This document shows, in pieces, positions 20,344 to 33,060 of a DNA stretch of 64,000 nucleotides; position 1 is the first letter of the stretch; every line of letters begins with the position of its first letter. A program made the position numbers and the translations under genes. Source of the stretch: Escherichia phage vB_EcoM_JE01. Under the pieces are notes generated by a model that saw only the letters and a list, made by a program, of their open reading frames with translations, made no database searches and was not told the origin of the DNA. The DNA is taken from sequence record PQ471460.1. One strand, written 5' to 3'.

Positions 20344-20655
20344 CTTCCATTCAACATTGCATCATATGCTGCATTAGTTCATATTGTAGCTAAGATGTGT
20401 AATCTTATTCCAGGAGATTTGATATTTTCTGGTGGTAATACTCATATCTATATGAATCACGTAGAACAATGTAAAGAAATTTTGCGTCGTGAACCTAAAG
20501 AGCTCTGTGAACTGGTAATAGGCGGATTGCCTTATAAATTCCGCTATCTTTCTACTAAAGAACAATTGGAATACATTCTTAAACTCAGGCCTAAAGATTT
20601 CGTTCTCAAAGATTATCAGTCCCATGGTGTCTTGAAAGGAAAAATGGCGGTGTAA
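20344..20655 (+). CDS. td: thymidylate synthase, exon 2
   Basis: LPFNIASYAALVHIVAKMCNLIPGDLIFSGGNTHIYMNHVEQC… continues the TS frame; total 286 aa. Confidence 0.95.
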   Translation, partial: LPFNIASYAALVHIVAKMCNLIPGDLIFSGGNTHIYMNHVEQCKEILRREPKELCELVIGGLPYKFRYLSTKEQLEYILKLRPKDFVLKDYQSHGVLKGKMAV

Positions 20656-20678
20656 TTTTAATTTAATTGAGAGGATAT

Positions 20679-20942
20679 ATGATTTTACGATTTAAGGATA
20701 CTTCTGGTGTCGTTCTTTTTACACTTCCTAACCCAAGTGAGTTAGAAGTTCCAGGACCAAATCAGCCTATTATCATTTATGGCAAAAAATATTATACTCA
20801 TAAAATGACCCGTGAGTATTTTGATAATAAAATTTCCACAGTTAAAACTTCTTCTGACTGTTATTATGATATTACTGTTTTAACGGAAAAACAATATGAC
20901 GAATTATCACCGCACGGGCCGTCTATGCCAGGTAGTGAATAA
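20679..20942 (+). CDS. hypothetical protein (nrdA.2-like position)
   Basis: ATG 20679 with GAGAGGA SD (ORF track gives TTG start at 20667). Confidence 0.5.
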   Translation: MILRFKDTSGVVLFTLPNPSELEVPGPNQPIIIYGKKYYTHKMTREYFDNKISTVKTSSDCYYDITVLTEKQYDELSPHGPSMPGSE

Positions 20943-21222
20943 ATATAAATCCGACTTTGATGTTAATATTCACCGTGGTACATTTTGGGGAAATTACGTC
21001 GGTAAAGATGCTGGCAGCCGGGAGGCTGCCATTGAATTATTCAAAAAAGATTTTATACGTCGAATTAAATCCGGAGAAATAACTAAAGCACATTTAGAGC
21101 CTTTACGTGGAATGAGGCTAGGATGCACATGTAAACCAAAGCCGTGTCATGGTGATATAATAGCTCATATAGTTAACCGATTGTTTAAAGACGATTTTCA
21201 AGTTGAGGACTTATGCAATTAA
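20896..21222 (+). CDS. DUF4326-like conserved hypothetical protein
   Basis: 108 aa with …[23 protein letters not shown]… and [13 protein letters not shown] motif. Confidence 0.5.
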   Translation: MTNYHRTGRLCQVVNKYKSDFDVNIHRGTFWGNYVGKDAGSREAAIELFKKDFIRRIKSGEITKAHLEPLRGMRLGCTCKPKPCHGDIIAHIVNRLFKDDFQVEDLCN

Positions 21223-23477
21223 TTAATGTTATCAAAAGTAGTGGTGTTTCTCAGAGCTTTGACCCGCAAAAAATTATTAAAGTTTTATCTTGGGCAGCTG
21301 AAGGAACATCTGTAGATCCTTATGAATTATATGAAAATATTAAATCATATCTCCGTGATGGAATGACAACTGATGACATTCAGACTATTGTCATTAAGGC
21401 TGCTGCGAATTCTATTTCAGTTGAAGAGCCTGATTATCAATACGTAGCCGCTCGCTGTTTAATGTTTGCTCTTCGTAAGCATGTTTACGGACAATATGAA
21501 CCACGTTCATTTATTGACCATATTTCTTACTGTGTAAATGAAGGTAAATATGACCCTGAACTGCTGTCAAAATATTCAGCAGAAGAAATTACATTTTTAG
21601 AATCAAAAATTAAGCACGAGCGGGATATGGAATTTACTTATTCCGGGGCGATGCAATTAAAAGAAAAATATCTCGTTAAAGATAAAACCACTGGTCAAAT
21701 TTATGAAACTCCGCAGTTTGCATTTATGACTATTGGAATGGCATTGCATCAAGATGAACCCGTTGATAGACTAAAACACGTTATTCGTTTTTATGAAGCA
21801 GTATCTACTCGACAGATTTCACTGCCAACTCCTATTATGGCTGGTTGTCGTACTCCAACTCGGCAGTTTAGTTCATGCGTTGTTATTGAGGCAGGTGATT
21901 CGCTGAAGTCTATCAATAAGGCTTCCGCTTCAATTGTTGAGTATATTTCTAAACGAGCTGGAATTGGCATTAACGTTGGTATGATTCGTGCCGAAGGTTC
22001 TAAGATTGGCACAGGTGAAGTGCGTCATACTGGTGTTATTCCTTTTTGGAAACATTTTCAGACTGCTGTTAAATCATGCTCACAGGGTGGAATTCGTGGC
22101 GGCGCTGCTACTGCTTATTATCCTATTTGGCATTTGGAAGTTGAAAATCTTCTCGTTTTGAAAAATAACAAAGGCGTAGAAGAAAACCGTATTCGTCATA
22201 TGGATTATGGCGTTCAACTGAATGACCTAATGATGGAACGATTCGGAAAGAACGACTACATTACCTTGTTCAGTCCGCATGAAATGGGTGGCGAGCTTTA
22301 TTATTCTTATTTTAAAGACCAAGACCGTTTCCGTGAATTATATGAAGCCGCAGAAAAAGACCCTAATATTCGTAAAAAGCGTATTAAAGCCCGTGAACTG
22401 TTTGAATTGCTCATGACTGAACGATCAGGAACAGCAAGGATTTATGTACAGTTCATTGATAATACGAATAACTATACTCCATTTATTCGTGAAAAGGCAC
22501 CTATTCGTCAGAGTAACTTGTGTTGTGAAATTGCTATTCCAACAAATGATGTGAATAGTCCTGATGCTGAAATTGGATTGTGTACCCTTAGCGCATTCGT
22601 GTTGGATAACTTCGATTGGCAAGACCAAGATAAAATTAATGAATTAGCAGAAGTTCAAGTTCGCGCTCTTGATAATCTTTTGGATTACCAAGGATATCCA
22701 GTTCCTGAAGCAGAAAAAGCTAAAAAGCGTCGAAATCTTGGTGTAGGTGTTACTAACTATGCAGCTTGGCTGGCAAGTAACTTTGCTTCTTATGAAGATG
22801 CTAACGATTTAACACATGAACTATTTGAGAGATTACAGTATGGACTCATTAAAGCATCCATTAAGCTCGCCAAAGAAAAAGGACCTTGCGAATATTATTC
22901 AGACACTCGTTGGTCTCGAGGCGAATTACCTATCGACTGGTACAATAAAAAGATTGACCAAATCGCAGCTCCAAAATACGTTTGTGACTGGTCGTCGCTG
23001 CGGGAAGACCTTAAGCTCTTTGGCATCCGTAATAGCACATTATCAGCACTTATGCCATGTGAGTCATCTTCCCAAGTTTCTAACAGTACAAACGGTATCG
23101 AGCCTCCACGTGGACCAGTCTCTGTTAAAGAATCAAAAGAGGGTTCCTTTAATCAAGTCGTGCCCAATATTGAGCATAACATAGACCTCTATGATTATAC
23201 GTGGAAATTAGCTAAGAAAGGCAATAAACCTTATCTTACGCAGGTAGCTATTATGCTGAAATGGGTATGTCAATCAGCTTCAGCGAATACATATTATGAC
23301 CCGCAGATTTTTCCAAAAGGAAAGGTTCCAATGTCTGTAATGATTGATGACCTTTTGTACTTTTGGTATTTTGGCGGAAAAAATTTCTATTATCATAATA
23401 CCCGCGACGGTTCTGGTACTGATGATTATGAAATAGAAACTCCAAAAGCTGAAGATTGTTCATCCTGTAAATTATGA
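21213..23477 (+). CDS. nrdA: aerobic ribonucleotide reductase large subunit
   Basis: 754 aa, same length as T4 NrdA; ATP-cone and catalytic Cys motifs. Confidence 0.96.
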   Translation: MQLINVIKSSGVSQSFDPQKIIKVLSWAAEGTSVDPYELYENIKSYLRDGMTTDDIQTIVIKAAANSISVEEPDYQYVAARCLMFALRKHVYGQYEPRSFIDHISYCVNEGKYDPELLSKYSAEEITFLESKIKHERDMEFTYSGAMQLKEKYLVKDKTTGQIYETPQFAFMTIGMALHQDEPVDRLKHVIRFYEAVSTRQISLPTPIMAGCRTPTRQFSSCVVIEAGDSLKSINKASASIVEYISKRAGIGINVGMIRAEGSKIGTGEVRHTGVIPFWKHFQTAVKSCSQGGIRGGAATAYYPIWHLEVENLLVLKNNKGVEENRIRHMDYGVQLNDLMMERFGKNDYITLFSPHEMGGELYYSYFKDQDRFRELYEAAEKDPNIRKKRIKARELFELLMTERSGTARIYVQFIDNTNNYTPFIREKAPIRQSNLCCEIAIPTNDVNSPDAEIGLCTLSAFVLDNFDWQDQDKINELAEVQVRALDNLLDYQGYPVPEAEKAKKRRNLGVGVTNYAAWLASNFASYEDANDLTHELFERLQYGLIKASIKLAKEKGPCEYYSDTRWSRGELPIDWYNKKIDQIAAPKYVCDWSSLREDLKLFGIRNSTLSALMPCESSSQVSNSTNGIEPPRGPVSVKESKEGSFNQVVPNIEHNIDLYDYTWKLAKKGNKPYLTQVAIMLKWVCQSASANTYYDPQIFPKGKVPMSVMIDDLLYFWYFGGKNFYYHNTRDGSGTDDYEIETPKAEDCSSCKL

Positions 23478-23528
23478 TATAATTTGACTCACGGACGAGT
23501 CACTATCTATTAACTAAGCGGAAAATTT

Positions 23529-24707
23529 ATGAGCACAGTTTTTAATACAAACCCAGTTGATGTTTTAAAAGAACCTATGTTCTTCGGTTCAGGTCTTGGT
23601 ATTGCGCGTTATGATATTCAACGTCATAAAGTTTTTGAAGATTTAACCGAAAAGCAGTTGTCATTTTTCTGGCGTCCTGAAGAAGTAAACTTAATGATGG
23701 ATGCTGCACAATTTAACAAGCTTCCTCAATATCAGCAAGATATTTTTACTAATAATCTGAAGTATCAATCACTTCTAGATAGCATTCAGGGTCGTGCGCC
23801 ATCTGCTGTACTTATGTCATTAATTTCAGACCCAAGTCTTGATACATGGGTTGCTACATGGACTTTTAGTGAAACTATTCACAGTCGTTCATATACTCAT
23901 ATCATGCGAAATCTTTATACTGATCCATCGAAGGTATTTGATGAGATTGTACTAGATGAAGCTATCATGAAACGTGCTGAATCTATCGGTCGCTATTATG
24001 ATGATGTTCTGACTAAAACCCGTGAATGGGAAAATGCTAAAGAATTTACAGAACTAGCTAAAGAATCTCCTGATGCTGTTTTTCGTTTAAATCGAGCTAT
24101 TAAACAAGAAGCCGAAGCTAAACGAGCACTAATGAAATCTCTTTACCTCTGTTTGCACGTTATTAATGCCTTAGAAGCTATTCGTTTTTATGTATCTTTT
24201 GCATGTACCTTTAACTTCCATAAGAACATGGAAATCATGGAAGGTAATGCCAAGATTATGAAGTTCATTGCACGTGATGAGCAGCTTCACCTTAAAGGCA
24301 CACAATATATTATTCGTCAACTTCAATCCGGTACTGATGGCGATGAATGGGTTAAAATTGCTCAAGAGTGTGAACAAGAAGCAGTTGATATTTTCATGGA
24401 AGTTAACCGCCAAGAAAAAGATTGGGCAGTTCATTTATTTAAAGATGGCGATGTTCCTGGATTAAATACAAATAGCATGTGGAGCTTTATTGATTACTTA
24501 ACTGTATCTCGTATGAAACAGTGCGGTCTTCCATGCCCAATTACCGATGCTCCGGTTAAACATCCATATCCTTGGATTCGTGAATATCTTAATTCTGATA
24601 ATGTTCAATCCGCGCCACAAGAAGTAGAACTGTCATCTTACCTTGTTGCACAGATTGATAATGATGTTGATGATAAAGTTATGATGAGTTTTAAAAAATA
24701 CTTTTAA
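23529..24707 (+). CDS. nrdB: aerobic ribonucleotide reductase small subunit (intronless)
   Basis: 392 aa continuous ORF; no intron interruption. Confidence 0.96.
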   Translation: MSTVFNTNPVDVLKEPMFFGSGLGIARYDIQRHKVFEDLTEKQLSFFWRPEEVNLMMDAAQFNKLPQYQQDIFTNNLKYQSLLDSIQGRAPSAVLMSLISDPSLDTWVATWTFSETIHSRSYTHIMRNLYTDPSKVFDEIVLDEAIMKRAESIGRYYDDVLTKTREWENAKEFTELAKESPDAVFRLNRAIKQEAEAKRALMKSLYLCLHVINALEAIRFYVSFACTFNFHKNMEIMEGNAKIMKFIARDEQLHLKGTQYIIRQLQSGTDGDEWVKIAQECEQEAVDIFMEVNRQEKDWAVHLFKDGDVPGLNTNSMWSFIDYLTVSRMKQCGLPCPITDAPVKHPYPWIREYLNSDNVQSAPQEVELSSYLVAQIDNDVDDKVMMSFKKYF

Positions 24708-24710
24708 GGA

Positions 24711-24733
24711 GTGGGCCGCAAGGCCCATTTTAT
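24711..24733 (+). terminator. GNRA-loop hairpin plus U-run after nrdB, immediately before the denA ATG
   Basis: TGGGCC-GCAA-GGCCCA TTTTATT. Confidence 0.6.
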
Positions 24734-24734
24734 T

Positions 24735-26322
<1,588 letters not shown>

Positions 26323-26325
26323 GCT

Positions 26326-26379
26326 GTTTACAAGTCCCTCGTGTTGTGTTATAGTAGACTTACTGACATAACATGAGGA
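26326..26379 (+). promoter_or_regulatory. early promoter plus leader cassette, copy A (upstream of alc)
   Basis: GTTTACAAGTCCCTCGTGTTGTGTTATAGTAGACTTACTGACATAACATGAGGA; 52/54 identical to 42019-42072. Confidence 0.6.
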
Positions 26380-26383
26380 CTTT

Positions 26384-26890
26384 ATGATGGATTTACAGCT
26401 TATTACTACTGAAATGGTCGTTGAAGCATATGGTGATACTACAGATGGGATTTCTGTATTTAAAGGAAATCGTCGAGTTGGATATATCACCGATCTTAAG
26501 AAAGATTTAGCTAAGCAAGTCAAGCGGAAAACGACCATTAAAGAATATCGAAATCGTCGTCTTGAGCAAGCCCGTGATATGCTTCCTGATGCGGTTGAGG
26601 AGATGAAAGTCTTTTTAGAAAATCAGCTTGCGAAATATGATTGTGATGTGTTCATTAATCAGACTCAACCTAATGTTCATATCAATAATTGTAAATGCTA
26701 CATCATCGTTAATCCTTTGACGGGAAAACATCGTCTTGGAATTAGTAATCCAAATCGTAGTGCATCAGATATGGCAGAAGATGTTGAGGCATGCTTTAAA
26801 ATTTCTAAATCTCCGGCTGAACATCATATTTTAATTAACGGTCTTTCTCAAGACGATATTGTAGAGGTTATTAAAACTTTATGCAATTAA
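26384..26890 (+). CDS. alc: Alc-like protein (host transcription shutoff), by size and synteny
   Basis: 168 aa ORF between rnlA and the spanin pair. Confidence 0.7.
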   Translation: MMDLQLITTEMVVEAYGDTTDGISVFKGNRRVGYITDLKKDLAKQVKRKTTIKEYRNRRLEQARDMLPDAVEEMKVFLENQLAKYDCDVFINQTQPNVHINNCKCYIIVNPLTGKHRLGISNPNRSASDMAEDVEACFKISKSPAEHHILINGLSQDDIVEVIKTLCN

Positions 26891-27234
26891 GTAATACGAC
26901 AGCAGGTTTGTTATTAATTGTAATTGCATTGGGCGGAACTTCTTTAATTTTAAAAAATAAAATTGAAAGATTAGAAACGTCTGTTGTAGAAATTACAAAA
27001 ACGGCCAATGAAAACGCTTTAGCATTAGATAATTTGCGAATTCAGTATAATTATATTGATGCGATGAATAATAAAAATCGTGAGGCAATTGCTGCTATTG
27101 AGCGTGAAAATGAAAAACTGCGCAAAGACGCAAAGAAGGCGGATGTGGTGGCTCATAAGCCAGGATTGGTTGAAAAACAAATCAACAACTCCTTCAACAA
27201 GTTCGCAGAAGACATCCAGGACCTTTCTAAATGA
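26881..27234 (+). CDS. i-spanin (Rz-like; T4 pseT.3 equivalent)
   Basis: N-terminal TMD (TAGLLLIVIALGGTSLIL) followed by predicted coiled coil. Confidence 0.75.
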   Translation: MQLSNTTAGLLLIVIALGGTSLILKNKIERLETSVVEITKTANENALALDNLRIQYNYIDAMNNKNREAIAAIERENEKLRKDAKKADVVAHKPGLVEKQINNSFNKFAEDIQDLSK

Positions 27235-27530
27235 TTAAACTATCGGCAGTAATATTATCTATTGGTCTTCTAGTTGGTTGTTCGACAAAGCCTCTAGAAG
27301 TAAAGAAAGAAACAGTTCATCCTAATTGGCCTGTGCAAATAAAGTCATATGACGAAGCTAAACTATCTTGGCAAGTTAAAGTTATTGATGGTAAAGCTTG
27401 GGTCGGTATGCCATTTGAAGATTCCCAGGAATTTCGCATTTGGCTTAATGATGTAAAACGATATGTACATGACCAGAAAACTATGATATGTTATTATCGT
27501 CAAGAGCTAAAAGAGGATAAATGTAAATGA
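27231..27530 (+). CDS. o-spanin lipoprotein (Rz1-like; T4 pseT.2 equivalent)
   Basis: signal peptide with lipobox LLVGC; C-terminal Cys residues; start overlaps i-spanin stop. Confidence 0.75.
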   Translation: MIKLSAVILSIGLLVGCSTKPLEVKKETVHPNWPVQIKSYDEAKLSWQVKVIDGKAWVGMPFEDSQEFRIWLNDVKRYVHDQKTMICYYRQELKEDKCK

Positions 27531-27753
27531 TTTCATGGCATCAATTTGAACATCTCAAAGGATTGATTTATGAATCCGAGATGGCTGCAATGATTTATGG
27601 ACGCCAGATTCAACGATTAGAATCTTTGCCTCCAACTAATGATGTTTTATTAGCTCAATCACGCGCTAATCTTAAAAATGAATACCAAAATAAGTGGGGT
27701 AAAGCATCTAAAGACCTGCATGATTATATTCAATCATTGGTTGAGAAAAATAA

Positions 27754-27757
<4 letters not shown>
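27527..27757 (+). CDS. hypothetical protein
   Basis: 76 aa ORF, overlapping start/stop with neighbours. Confidence 0.45.
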
Positions 27758-28975
<1,218 letters not shown>

Positions 28976-28976
<1 letters not shown>

Positions 28977-29173
28977 TGGCTTTGCATCATGAAACTTGGG
29001 CTATTGTTATTGTAAATAGCGGTTTAGTTGGTACTAGTAATGGGCAATTTTGTGTATTCACTAGTGAAATTAGAGCTTGGGAGGAATGTCTTAAATTAAG
29101 AGAAAAGAATCCTGATGTTGAACTAACAGTAAAGAAAACTAAACTGCCTTTACCATGGAAAACTTATGAATAA
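28976..29173 (+). CDS. hypothetical protein
   Basis: 65 aa ORF. Confidence 0.4.
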
Positions 29174-29366
29174 CATAGAAAAGATTTATCGACTTTGTGA
29201 TAAAATTGAAAAAGAAAAGAAATATCTATTTTGTTTATGGCCTATTGTTGATGGAAGAGTAGGCTTAGATGTTCTTGATTATGAAACAGAAGACAAAGTA
29301 GATGGTTCAGTTTTTGATAACGCTTTGGATGTTATTGATTGGCTTGAAGAAAATTATGTGAGGTAA
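29166..29366 (+). CDS. hypothetical protein
   Basis: 66 aa ORF. Confidence 0.4.
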   Translation: MNNIEKIYRLCDKIEKEKKYLFCLWPIVDGRVGLDVLDYETEDKVDGSVFDNALDVIDWLEENYVR

Positions 29367-29368
29367 AT

Positions 29369-29644
29369 ATGTTTCCGACTTATTCTAAAATCGTAGAAGT
29401 AGTGTTTAGCCAAATTATCGCTAATAATATGTTTGAAAAGCTTGATACCGCAGCTGAGCTTCGAATCCACGCTCAAGTGACTCATGTATTGAACGCTTTG
29501 CTTCCAGACCAAGTGGATTCTATTGCAATTACGCTGTATCCAGGTTCCGCGCATATCATTGTCGTATTTGGTCTTGATGCTGAGTTAGTTATCAAGGGCG
29601 ATATTCGCTTTGAATCACAGACATCAGAATTCAAAGCAATTTAA
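29369..29644 (+). CDS. hypothetical protein
   Basis: 91 aa ORF. Confidence 0.4.
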   Translation: MFPTYSKIVEVVFSQIIANNMFEKLDTAAELRIHAQVTHVLNALLPDQVDSIAITLYPGSAHIIVVFGLDAELVIKGDIRFESQTSEFKAI

Positions 29645-29706
29645 CAGTTTACTTTACGATAGAGTTGTGATATTATAGCTCTACCAAAACAAATGAGGAA
29701 ATTGAA

Positions 29707-30234
29707 ATGAGCGAATGGTTTGAAGAAGGTAAGGTTTATCGCTTTAAAGCTGGATATAAAGATATTTTTAATGAAACTTGCGGGGCTAATAAACGAATTG
29801 CCCAGTTTATTGGGGAAAATTCATTTAAAGTAAAAATAGATCCTGCGAAAAATGTTATTAGCATTAAACGCGAAATTGATGATTGTTGGTATAAAGCTGT
29901 TGATGTAATGGGTGAATCCTATAAAGTTAGCCCGTTATTTTCAATTGCCTATATGTTAGAATATTCTTTTTTCGAAGAAGTTCAAAAAGATGATTCTGTC
30001 AGTAAATTTGAAATTAAAGCTGATAAAGAAATTAAGTGGAAAGTAGTAGGTATTACTGGTTGTATGTTCTATATCTATGCTCAAACTGATACGAAGGAAG
30101 AAGCTAAACAGAAAGCTCTAGAATATCTTGAAGAGTATGAAGAAGGTCCGGTAATGATTACTCAAGATGCTGAATTAGTTTCTGTCAAATTAGTTAAAAA
30201 CGTTGAAAGTAAGGAGCTAGGATCAACATGCTAA
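29707..30234 (+). CDS. hypothetical protein
   Basis: 175 aa ORF with SD. Confidence 0.5.
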   Translation: MSEWFEEGKVYRFKAGYKDIFNETCGANKRIAQFIGENSFKVKIDPAKNVISIKREIDDCWYKAVDVMGESYKVSPLFSIAYMLEYSFFEEVQKDDSVSKFEIKADKEIKWKVVGITGCMFYIYAQTDTKEEAKQKALEYLEEYEEGPVMITQDAELVSVKLVKNVESKELGSTC

Positions 30235-30464
30235 GTGAAAAACCAATTACTGTTAAAGAATTCCAAGAAAAAGTTAAACTATTTGCTCAAGAATTGGTAA
30301 ATAAGGTTTCTGAACGATTTCCTGAAACGTCGGTTCGTGTTATTACCGAAACTCCTCGTTCAGTATTAGTAATTGTGAATCCAGGTGATGGTGACCAAAT
30401 AACACATCTTAAACTGGATTTTGATGGATTAGTTGAAGCACAAAGGGTGTATGGCGTACTATGA
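30228..30464 (+). CDS. hypothetical protein
   Basis: 78 aa ORF. Confidence 0.45.
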   Translation: MLSEKPITVKEFQEKVKLFAQELVNKVSERFPETSVRVITETPRSVLVIVNPGDGDQITHLKLDFDGLVEAQRVYGVL

Positions 30465-30799
30465 TGAATTTAACTGATATAATTGATAATTGTCTTGAAA
30501 ATGATACTGGCGATCATAGAGCGCTTGATTCTGAAACAGCTCAGTTCATTAGAATAACTTTAATGAACGATACTCTAGTGAATAGTATTCATCCTTCTGT
30601 GTATGATGCTATTATTGTGACGAAGTACCCAGTTGAGCTTCACAAAAAGATGGCTGGTGCAATTTTTATTGATAAGAAAAACCGCTTTAAAGACGGGCAG
30701 AATATAATTAGTTCTGTTATTAAAAGTATAACTAAACTTCGTCACGAAATTTATCGTGTTGAAACTGCTAAATCTGCTTATCTGGTGATTATGAAATGA
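30461..30799 (+). CDS. hypothetical protein
   Basis: 112 aa ORF. Confidence 0.45.
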   Translation: MMNLTDIIDNCLENDTGDHRALDSETAQFIRITLMNDTLVNSIHPSVYDAIIVTKYPVELHKKMAGAIFIDKKNRFKDGQNIISSVIKSITKLRHEIYRVETAKSAYLVIMK

Positions 30800-31377
30800 A
30801 AGCGAGTACAGTACTTCAAATTGCATATTTAGTATCACAAGAATCCAAATGTTGCTCCTGGAAGGTAGGAGCGGTAATTGAAAAGAATGGACGTATTATT
30901 TCTACTGGATATAACGGTTCTCCGGCAGGTGGTGTGAATTGTTGTGATTATGCTGCCGAGCAAGGTTGGTTGCTGAATAAGCCTAAATATACTATCATTC
31001 AAGGTCATAAGCCTGAATGCGTATCGTTTGGTTCAACTGACCGTTTTGTTTTGGCGAAAGAACACCGCAGCGCTCACTCTGAATGGTCGTCTAAAAATGA
31101 AATTCATGCTGAACTAAATGCGATTTTGTTTGCTGCACGAAATGGTTCTTCAATTGAAGGTGCTACTATGTATGTAACACTTTCTCCTTGCCCAGATTGC
31201 GCAAAAGCGATAGCTCAATCTGGAATTAAAAAGTTGGTTTATTGTGAAACATACGATAAAAATAAACCTGGCTGGGATGATATTCTGCGAAATGCGGGTA
31301 TTGAAGTGTTTAATGTTCCTAAGAAAAACTTGAATAAGTTAAACTGGGAAAATATCAACGAATTCTGTGGTGAATAA
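30796..31377 (+). CDS. cd: dCMP deaminase
   Basis: MKASTVLQIAYLVSQESKCCSWKVGAVIEKNGRIISTGYNGSPAGG… matches T4 Cd (193 aa); zinc motifs HAE…PCPDC. Confidence 0.95.
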   Translation: MKASTVLQIAYLVSQESKCCSWKVGAVIEKNGRIISTGYNGSPAGGVNCCDYAAEQGWLLNKPKYTIIQGHKPECVSFGSTDRFVLAKEHRSAHSEWSSKNEIHAELNAILFAARNGSSIEGATMYVTLSPCPDCAKAIAQSGIKKLVYCETYDKNKPGWDDILRNAGIEVFNVPKKNLNKLNWENINEFCGE

Positions 31378-31613
31378 TGAAATTTCGTTTGGTACAACTC
31401 ACAGCAATTAGTTCTTATTCCAACGAGAACATTTCATTTGCTGTAGAGTATAAGAAGTATTTTTTCTCTAAATGGAAGCAGTATTATAAGTCAAACTGGG
31501 TTTGTATTGATAGACCGCATAGTTGGAAGTCTGATTTAGAAAAATGCCAAAAATTGCTTTCCACTCTTAAAGAACGTGGAACAACTCATATTAAAACTGT
31601 AATAGGTAAATAA
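31377..31613 (+). CDS. hypothetical protein (31.2-like position)
   Basis: 78 aa ORF. Confidence 0.5.
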   Translation: MKFRLVQLTAISSYSNENISFAVEYKKYFFSKWKQYYKSNWVCIDRPHSWKSDLEKCQKLLSTLKERGTTHIKTVIGK

Positions 31614-31922
31614 ATGAAACTGACAACTGAACAGAAAGTAGCAATTCGTGAAATTTTGAAAACTAAATTGTCCATGGGTATTTCAAACGTGGTTTTTGAA
31701 AAGTCTGATGGTACTATTCGTACCATGAAAGGTACTCGTGATGCAGACTTTATGCCAACCATGCAAACTGGTAAATTGACTGAATCTACTCGGAAAGAAT
31801 CTACTGATATGATTCCAGTATTTGATGTTGAGCTTGGTGCATGGCGAGGTTTTTCTATTGACAAATTGATTTCCGTTAATGGTATGAAAGTTGAGCATTT
31901 GCTTCAATTTATTGGTAAATAA
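31614..31922 (+). CDS. hypothetical protein (31.1-like position)
   Basis: 102 aa ORF. Confidence 0.5.
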   Translation: MKLTTEQKVAIREILKTKLSMGISNVVFEKSDGTIRTMKGTRDADFMPTMQTGKLTESTRKESTDMIPVFDVELGAWRGFSIDKLISVNGMKVEHLLQFIGK

Positions 31923-31948
31923 ATGCTTTAAGAATTATTTGTTATTAT
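31922..31948 (+). promoter_or_regulatory. possible MotA-dependent middle promoter upstream of gene 31
   Basis: MotA-box-like AATGCTTTA, about 12 nt, then TATTAT. Confidence 0.4.
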
Positions 31949-31978
31949 TAATTCATCTGTTAACAAAAAGGAAAAACG

Positions 31979-32314
31979 ATGTCTGAAGTACAACAGCTAC
32001 CAATTCGTGCTGTCGGTGAATATGTTATTTTAGTTTCTGAACCTGCACAAGCCGGTGATGAAGAAGTTACAGAATCAGGACTTATTATCGGTAAACGTGT
32101 TCAAGGTGAAGTTCCTGAACTGTGTGTAGTTCACTCTGTTGGTCCTGATGTTCCTGAAGGTTTCTGTGAAGTTGGTGATTTGACTTCTCTTCCAGTTGGT
32201 CAAATTCGAAACGTTCCGCATCCTTTTGTAGCTCTGGGTCTTAAGCAGCCAAAAGAAATTAAACAAAAATTTGTTACCTGTCACTATAAAGCTATTCCGT
32301 GTCTTTATAAGTGA
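31979..32314 (+). CDS. 31: gp31 co-chaperonin (GroES analogue)
   Basis: [40 protein letters not shown]… matches T4 gp31 (111 aa). Confidence 0.93.
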
Positions 32315-32322
32315 TATAAATA
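32315..32322 (+). promoter_or_regulatory. late promoter TATAAATA immediately after gene 31 (upstream of rIII)
   Basis: exact TATAAATA. Confidence 0.45.
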
Positions 32323-32461
32323 ATAATATGAATTGGGTGTCGGAATAATAAGTTAACCGAACAATTCTATGTGGTAGTCTACAACTGAGAGATCTGTCGA
32401 AAGAAGATGAAATTCAGAAGAACGTGGCTACCGAGTTTTAATCTCTAACGAGAATTTTTAA

Positions 32462-32710
32462 ATGATTAAACAATTACAACACGCTCTCGAACTGCAACGA
32501 AACGCATGGAATAATGGTCACGAAAACTATGGCGCATCTATTGATGTTGAAGCCGAAGCTCTTGAAATCCTGCGTTATTTCAAACATCTGAATCCTGCTC
32601 AAACTGCACTAGCTGCTGAGCTCCAGGAAAAAGATGAACTTAAATATGCTAAGCCTCTGGCTTCTGCTGCACGAAAAGCAGTTCGTCACTTTGTGGTAAC
32701 ACTGAAGTAA
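32462..32710 (+). CDS. rIII: rIII lysis-inhibition accessory protein
   Basis: 82 aa, MIKQLQHALELQRNAWNNGHENYGASIDVEAE… matches T4 rIII. Confidence 0.9.
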   Translation: MIKQLQHALELQRNAWNNGHENYGASIDVEAEALEILRYFKHLNPAQTALAAELQEKDELKYAKPLASAARKAVRHFVVTLK

Positions 32711-32830
32711 TTATGTTGACGAGGTTTATGGTTATCCTGTCGGTAAATATTCAAAACCTAAGTACCCCTTTGAGGGCTTTCGCAGGCAATGCCAATAAGT
32801 CCTGCATTTTCATTTAAAAGAGAATTTATA

Positions 32831-33007
32831 ATGGCAAAACAAGCTAAAGCAAAGAAAGCAGTTGAAAAGAAAGTTGGTGATTCTAAACGCGCTGGTTACA
32901 AGCGTGGGTCGAACTCTCGTATCAATCAAACTGTTGAGAAGATCATGCGCCGAGCACGTGCGGTTCTTCGAGATGATGCTTCTCGTTTTGGTAAGCAGAA
33001 AGCATAA
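32831..33007 (+). CDS. small basic hypothetical protein (30.9-like position)
   Basis: MAKQAKAKKAVEKKVGDSKRAGYKRG…; 58 aa from internal Met of the ORF. Confidence 0.45.
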   Translation: MAKQAKAKKAVEKKVGDSKRAGYKRGSNSRINQTVEKIMRRARAVLRDDASRFGKQKA

Positions 33008-33011
33008 GTTG

Positions 33012-33039
33012 AGGACTCCTTCGGGAGTCCTTTTTTATT
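33012..33039 (+). terminator. rho-independent terminator
   Basis: GGACTCC-TTCG-GGAGTCC followed by TTTTTTATTTT. Confidence 0.8.
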
Positions 33040-33060
33040 TTCCAAAGATTGCACAAAGTT

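Noticed and set aside
23529-24707. Looked for the nrdB group I intron and I-TevIII
   Set aside because: The nrdB reading frame is continuous over 392 codons with no insertion; the intron is absent here.
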